A stretch of 19,377 nt of DNA. Origin: a virus (taxonomy: Duplodnaviria; Heunggongvirae; Uroviricota; Caudoviricetes). Numbering within the stretch: the stretch's first letter is position 1; each line of letters starts with the position of its first letter. The stretch is taken from the IMG/VR virus record IMGVR_UViG_3300028886_000075; one strand, written 5' to 3'. The notes below the pieces were generated by a model. That model was not told the DNA's origin. It did no database searches and worked only from the letters and a program-made list of their open reading frames with translations. The translations under genes and the position numbers were made by a program. This document shows, piece by piece, positions 15,695-19,377 of this stretch.

Positions 15695-15916
15695 ATGAAA
15701 TATAAATTTAAAGAAATTGATAATATAATTAATATATTAGATGGAGATAATGTAATTGCAAAATATATAATAGATTATCATTGGGTAGAAAAAAATATAT
15801 CCGTAAAAAACGATATAATAAGTATACGATTATTTAATAGATTAAAAGGTTATAGAGATTGTATAATTAAATTGAATAGTGATATAATACAGAAAATTCC
15901 AGAAAATGAAAAATAA
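15695..15916 (+). CDS. Hypothetical protein, 73 aa
   Basis: ORF overlapping the start of the next gene. Confidence 0.6.
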   Translation: MKYKFKEIDNIINILDGDNVIAKYIIDYHWVEKNISVKNDIISIRLFNRLKGYRDCIIKLNSDIIQKIPENEK

Positions 15917-16529
15917 ACAATTCATATATACAGAAAAGGACGCTGAAAAAATGTTCTTTACGTCTGATACACATTTCTGTCATGAAAATATTATTAAATA
16001 TTGTAAGCGACCATTTAAGACTGTAGAAGAGAATGATGAAGAATTAATCCGTCGTTGGAATGAAAAAGTTCCTAAGGATGGTATTGTTTTCCATCTTGGT
16101 GATGTGGCATTTGGAGATCCTGACCGTGTTGATAATATTCTTGAACGTCTTAATGGTACAATTTATTTAATTATTGGTAATCATGACTGGAGAAGAATCG
16201 TATCTCAACATGCATGGAGATTTGAAAAGATGACTCAGCAAATTAATATGAAAATCGGTAAGCGTCATATTATTTTGAATCATTATCCAATGCTTGCGTT
16301 TTCAGGAGCATGGCGTGGCGAAGATGCAACATATCAATTATTTGGACATGTTCATACATCTCCATATACTGATGAAGGTCTTGACCAAGCTCGTATGAAA
16401 ATGTTGTTTACTTCTCAATATGATGTAGGTGTCGATAACAATGATTTTACTCCAGTATCATGGAAAGAGGTCGATAAAATTATTAATAATCAAATGATGA
16501 GTTTAGGAATGTGTCGTAATACTATTTAA
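15906..16529 (+). CDS. Calcineurin-like metallophosphoesterase
   Basis: All five motifs present: SDTH, HLGD, IGNHD, NHYP, GHVH. Confidence 0.92.
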   Translation: MKNKQFIYTEKDAEKMFFTSDTHFCHENIIKYCKRPFKTVEENDEELIRRWNEKVPKDGIVFHLGDVAFGDPDRVDNILERLNGTIYLIIGNHDWRRIVSQHAWRFEKMTQQINMKIGKRHIILNHYPMLAFSGAWRGEDATYQLFGHVHTSPYTDEGLDQARMKMLFTSQYDVGVDNNDFTPVSWKEVDKIINNQMMSLGMCRNTI

Positions 16530-16530
16530 T

Positions 16531-16668
16531 ATGAATAAGAAAATTGAAAATTTTAAAGAATGGTTATATTTGAAATATAATGCATCAAAAGAATATGGTA
16601 ATGTTGAAGAGTGGAATATTTGGGAAATTGTAATTGATAAATTTAATGAAGTATTTGATGAAAGCTGA
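16531..16668 (+). CDS. Hypothetical protein, 45 aa (not in ORF track)
   Basis: MNKKIENFKEWLYLKYNASKEYGNVEEWNIWEIVIDKFNEVFDES*; ATG 1 nt after the upstream stop, and its end overlaps the next ATG. Confidence 0.6.
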   Translation: MNKKIENFKEWLYLKYNASKEYGNVEEWNIWEIVIDKFNEVFDES

Positions 16669-16900
16669 AGATTATAAAATAATTAATAATGGACTATGGA
16701 TTTCTGAGAAGGAATTAAATAGATTATTGAAAGAAAATATTAAGCTTAGAGATGAATCACCTGATTGGCAAATTAAAAAGAATTGGATGCATCAAGGTGC
16801 GGAATATATTTGGTTTAATCCGTGGAATAGACATTTAAATGGTCGTATAGGAATATTACAAGAACTAAAAAAGAAATATGACGATAATAAAGTAAGATAA
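16658..16900 (+). CDS. Hypothetical protein, 80 aa (ATG at 16658 preferred over TTG 16634)
   Basis: MKAEDYKIINNGLW...; in frame with the track ORF. Confidence 0.6.
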   Translation: MKAEDYKIINNGLWISEKELNRLLKENIKLRDESPDWQIKKNWMHQGAEYIWFNPWNRHLNGRIGILQELKKKYDDNKVR

Positions 16901-16960
16901 AATTTTTAAAGATAAACAATATATACTTTAAATAATTAAATATTTATTAAAATAAGTATT

Positions 16961-17269
16961 ATGAAAAAAATAATTATAATTTTACTTTTTATATTAGTTA
17001 CACTTACTTCGTGTTATAAAATTAATTATCAGACTCGTATTGTATATGATGTATGTTACCCTGATACAACAATTCGTTATGATACAATAGTAAATTGTAT
17101 ATATGTTGGAGATGTTATTTCAGATAATCTTTTAAACATAGATACTACATCTGCGGTAAAACTTTATTCATATAAAGGTAGTAATAGTATTAGTATTAGA
17201 CCAGGTAATAACTATATAATGGAGACAACTGCACCAATTAGATTATATTATTATAAAAGAATTAAATAA
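16961..17269 (+). CDS. Putative lipoprotein, 102 aa
   Basis: MKKIIIILLFILVTLTSC: signal peptide with LTSC lipobox. Confidence 0.72.
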   Translation: MKKIIIILLFILVTLTSCYKINYQTRIVYDVCYPDTTIRYDTIVNCIYVGDVISDNLLNIDTTSAVKLYSYKGSNSISIRPGNNYIMETTAPIRLYYYKRIK

Positions 17270-17298
17270 AATATGAATAAAATTTATGTAATATTATA

Positions 17299-17439
17299 AT
17301 GATTTATTGTAGCTTAACAGATAATATTAAATGTCCTAAATGCGGATCTTATCATGTTTATATTAAATCAGGAATGATGACTGATTTATATATATGTATG
17401 GATTGTGGATTTGAATCTCGAGATATTGAAAATGGGTAG
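17299..17439 (+). CDS. Small zinc-ribbon protein, 46 aa (not in ORF track)
   Basis: MIYCSLTDNIKCPKCGSYHVYIKSGMMTDLYICMDCGFESRDIENG*: CPKCG-x16-CMDCG. Confidence 0.75.
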   Translation: MIYCSLTDNIKCPKCGSYHVYIKSGMMTDLYICMDCGFESRDIENG

Positions 17440-17455
17440 ACTTAAGTCTACCCAT
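17432..17455. terminator. Perfect 24-bp palindrome at a convergent junction
   Basis: ATGGGTAGAC-TTAA-GTCTACCCAT; includes the TAG of the zinc-ribbon gene. Confidence 0.75.
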
Positions 17456-17504
17456 ATATATTAGATTTAATTCCAATTTAATTTTTCTATTTTATCTTTA
17501 ATAT

Positions 17505-17900
17505 TTAAATATCTTTATAAAATTGAATCCAATTTTCTGGTTCATCTTCAACTTCTTGTAAAAACTCTTCAACTTTATCTAATGTTAATACAATAGCTTT
17601 AGCAAAATTATCTGTTTTTAAATCACAATAAGGGTCATCATCATAATTTATTGCACCAATTTTACCTATCCAAAGTTTCCATGTTTTTTCTTTATCAACA
17701 TAACCTAACAAGAAATGAATAAATATATTCTTTTCTTTATCTTCATGTTTATATTCTATTTTCTGATATTGTTCACCATTATTAAGCCATGTTACTTTTT
17801 TATCTGGAGATTTCCAAATAGTAAATTTTATATTGCCACGACGTGTGGTTTTCTTTTCATCTTCATCAGATTCTCTAATGTATTGTATGATTGATTTCAT
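17505..17900 (-). CDS. Hypothetical protein with capsid-targeting-like N-terminus
   Basis: Starts MKSIIQYIRE|SDE. Confidence 0.72.
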   Translation of the reverse strand: MKSIIQYIRESDEDEKKTTRRGNIKFTIWKSPDKKVTWLNNGEQYQKIEYKHEDKEKNIFIHFLLGYVDKEKTWKLWIGKIGAINYDDDPYCDLKTDNFAKAIVLTLDKVEEFLQEVEDEPENWIQFYKDI

Positions 17901-17905
17901 AAAAA

Positions 17906-18178
17906 TTATCTATCACCTTCTTTTTCATCTGGAGCTAAACGAACTTTAAATTCAATACTATCGCCAACTCTTGTTAAATCTTCTAAACTACGTAATGCTG
18001 ATGTGATAATATGAAAACGATTTTCATCAGCTTCTAAATCAAATTTAATTGCTTTAGCACCTTCACGAATACAATTACAAAATTCATCTAATTCATCAAC
18101 ATTACAAAGTATTGTTCCATTAGATTTATATCTTTTTGCTTCTCTACGTTCAGATATTAATTCTTTAATATTTTTCAT
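17906..18178 (-). CDS. Hypothetical protein with capsid-targeting-like N-terminus
   Basis: Starts MKNIKELISE|RRE. Confidence 0.72.
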   Translation of the reverse strand: MKNIKELISERREAKRYKSNGTILCNVDELDEFCNCIREGAKAIKFDLEADENRFHIITSALRSLEDLTRVGDSIEFKVRLAPDEKEGDR

Positions 18179-18306
18179 ATTTTACTAAATTGTATTAAGT
18201 AACATGCAGAGTTATCTTCTCTTACGGTACCAATAATATTTTTTTTACAGTTATTAAATTTTTTTTCTTTTATATAGTATTTGCAATTAATGCATTTATC
18301 TTCCAT
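18175..18306 (-). CDS. Small Cys-rich protein, 43 aa (not in ORF track)
   Basis: MEDKCINCKYYIKEKKFNNCKKNIIGTVREDNSACYLIQFSKI*; TGA overlaps the next ATG (ATGA). Confidence 0.6.
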   Translation of the reverse strand: MEDKCINCKYYIKEKKFNNCKKNIIGTVREDNSACYLIQFSKI

Positions 18307-18384
18307 TTTATTTATCTAATCATTATATTTGATTATATATTAAAAAATAAACATTTTAATATTTTTTTATAATGATTTATAATA

Positions 18385-19377
18385 TTAAATTGTAAAATTT
18401 GAATCTGCTAATATATAATTTAATTTAGTTTCATATTTTTTACTAAGTTTTTTCATTGTAGCATTATCATTATTTGTAATGAATTCAATCATCCCATCAA
18501 TATTTTTTATAAATTTATCGATTTCTTTTTCATTAATATCAAATTCAGCATCAGTTATAATAACATTTATAAGATATTCTTTTGTATGATCTTTCATATA
18601 TTCTAATAATTGATGGAAAGGCATTGTTCCACCTCCAACATTAGTTTTCTTACCAAATTGAATTTCTATCATACTAGTATCAAATGCATATATCTTAAAT
18701 GTTACATCATCAACAATAGTTTCTTTAGAATATTGTTTCTTTAATGATTCAGCTATTGTATATAATGCTTTAAATACATTATTTATTGAACTACCCATTG
18801 AACCAGATCTATCAATATAAAATGCAACATTAATTGTAAATTTTTCTTCTTTAATTTTTCGTCCAGGTTGAATAGGTTGTCCATATTTTATAAATCCTGA
18901 ACCACGTTTAACTCTTGAATATGTTGATTGATATTCACGTTTCTTTTGAAATACTTTCTTTTTAACAAATGTATTAATAGATGAATTCATTTGTTTATTC
19001 CAACCACCTATTCCATTATTTGTATTTGTAGCTAATCCAGATTCTTTAAGTTCTACAGATTTTTTACACTTAGATATAAATGTTCCTAAATCACCACTTA
19101 ATTTATTTTTATATTTTTCAATTATTTTATCAGCCTTTTCTTTAATCTTTTTTAAATCAGCATCAGATAATTTAGCTTCTTTATGACCTTTACCTGCTTT
19201 ATGTCCTTGAGCTTCTTTATTACCTTTTTGATCGTTTCCTTGACTTTCCTTACCTTGACCTTCTTTACCTTGACCTTCTTTACCTTGACCTTCTTTACCT
19301 TGACCTTCTTTACCTTGACCTTCTTTACCTTGACCTTCTTTACCTTGACCTTCTTTACCTTGACCTTCTTTACCTTG
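18385..19377 (-). CDS. VWA-like domain protein (DUF2201-type architecture), 5'-truncated by the window edge
   Basis: MIDAS VAFYIDRSGSM...GGGT...IITDAE; manual translation shows the frame stays open from 18990 to 19377, so the track start is an internal Met. Confidence 0.8.
   Translation of the reverse strand, partial: QGKEGQGKEGQGKEGQGKEGQGKEGQGKEGQGKEGQGKEGQGKESQGNDQKGNKEAQGHKAGKGHKEAKLSDADLKKIKEKADKIIEKYKNKLSGDLGTFISKCKKSVELKESGLATNTNNGIGGWNKQMNSSINTFVKKKVFQKKREYQSTYSRVKRGSGFIKYGQPIQPGRKIKEEKFTINVAFYIDRSGSMGSSINNVFKALYTIAESLKKQYSKETIVDDVTFKIYAFDTSMIEIQFGKKTNVGGGTMPFHQLLEYMKDHTKEYLINVIITDAEFDINEKEIDKFIKNIDGMIEFITNNDNATMKKLSKKYETKLNYILADSNFTI
19246..19377 (-). repeat. 15-bp tandem repeat (CAAGGTAAAGAAGGT)n encoding QGKEG
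   Basis: Perfect periodicity over 19250-19377 (about 8.5 units), with one degenerate unit before it; runs off the window. Confidence 0.95.

Noticed and set aside
1-19377. Stop-codon reassignment (TAG to Gln) as in Lak and some crAss-like phages
   Set aside because: All recognisable genes are full length under code 11 with no in-frame TAG. TAG is rare but ends two plausible genes (10827, 17437), and read-through adds nothing meaningful.
19246-19377. CRISPR or terminal-repeat interpretation of the 15-bp array
   Set aside because: Head-to-tail units without spacers, in frame within a coding region

Overview
Very AT-rich, densely coding window, almost certainly from a large (jumbo/mega) lytic phage of a Bacteroidota host. 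The host inference rests on Bacteroidales-like RecA, MnmA and ClpX, a DUF4494-like protein, and no visible Shine-Dalgarno sites. Standard genetic code fits. Plus-strand blocks carry replication and host-takeover genes: T4 gp52/GyrA-like topoisomerase subunit, acyl carrier protein, AAA ATPase, ClpX, MnmA, a metallophosphoesterase and two lipoproteins. A three-gene putative virion-surface cassette includes an LRR-like two-module protein and a GH2 enzyme with beta-glucuronidase-type motifs and no signal peptide. Minus-strand blocks carry a bacterial-type recA, four small proteins whose first 10 residues match the T4 capsid-targeting sequence (MKxxxxxIxE), a C-type-lectin-fold protein whose 3' end has the codon signature of a DGR variable region (no template or RT in the window), and a VWA-domain protein with a perfect 15-bp (QGKEG) repeat running off the right edge. 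Several small genes missed by the ORF track and several terminators overlapping stop codons were also found. No tRNA, rRNA, CRISPR array or IS element was recognised. All homology calls come from motif recognition, not database searches.
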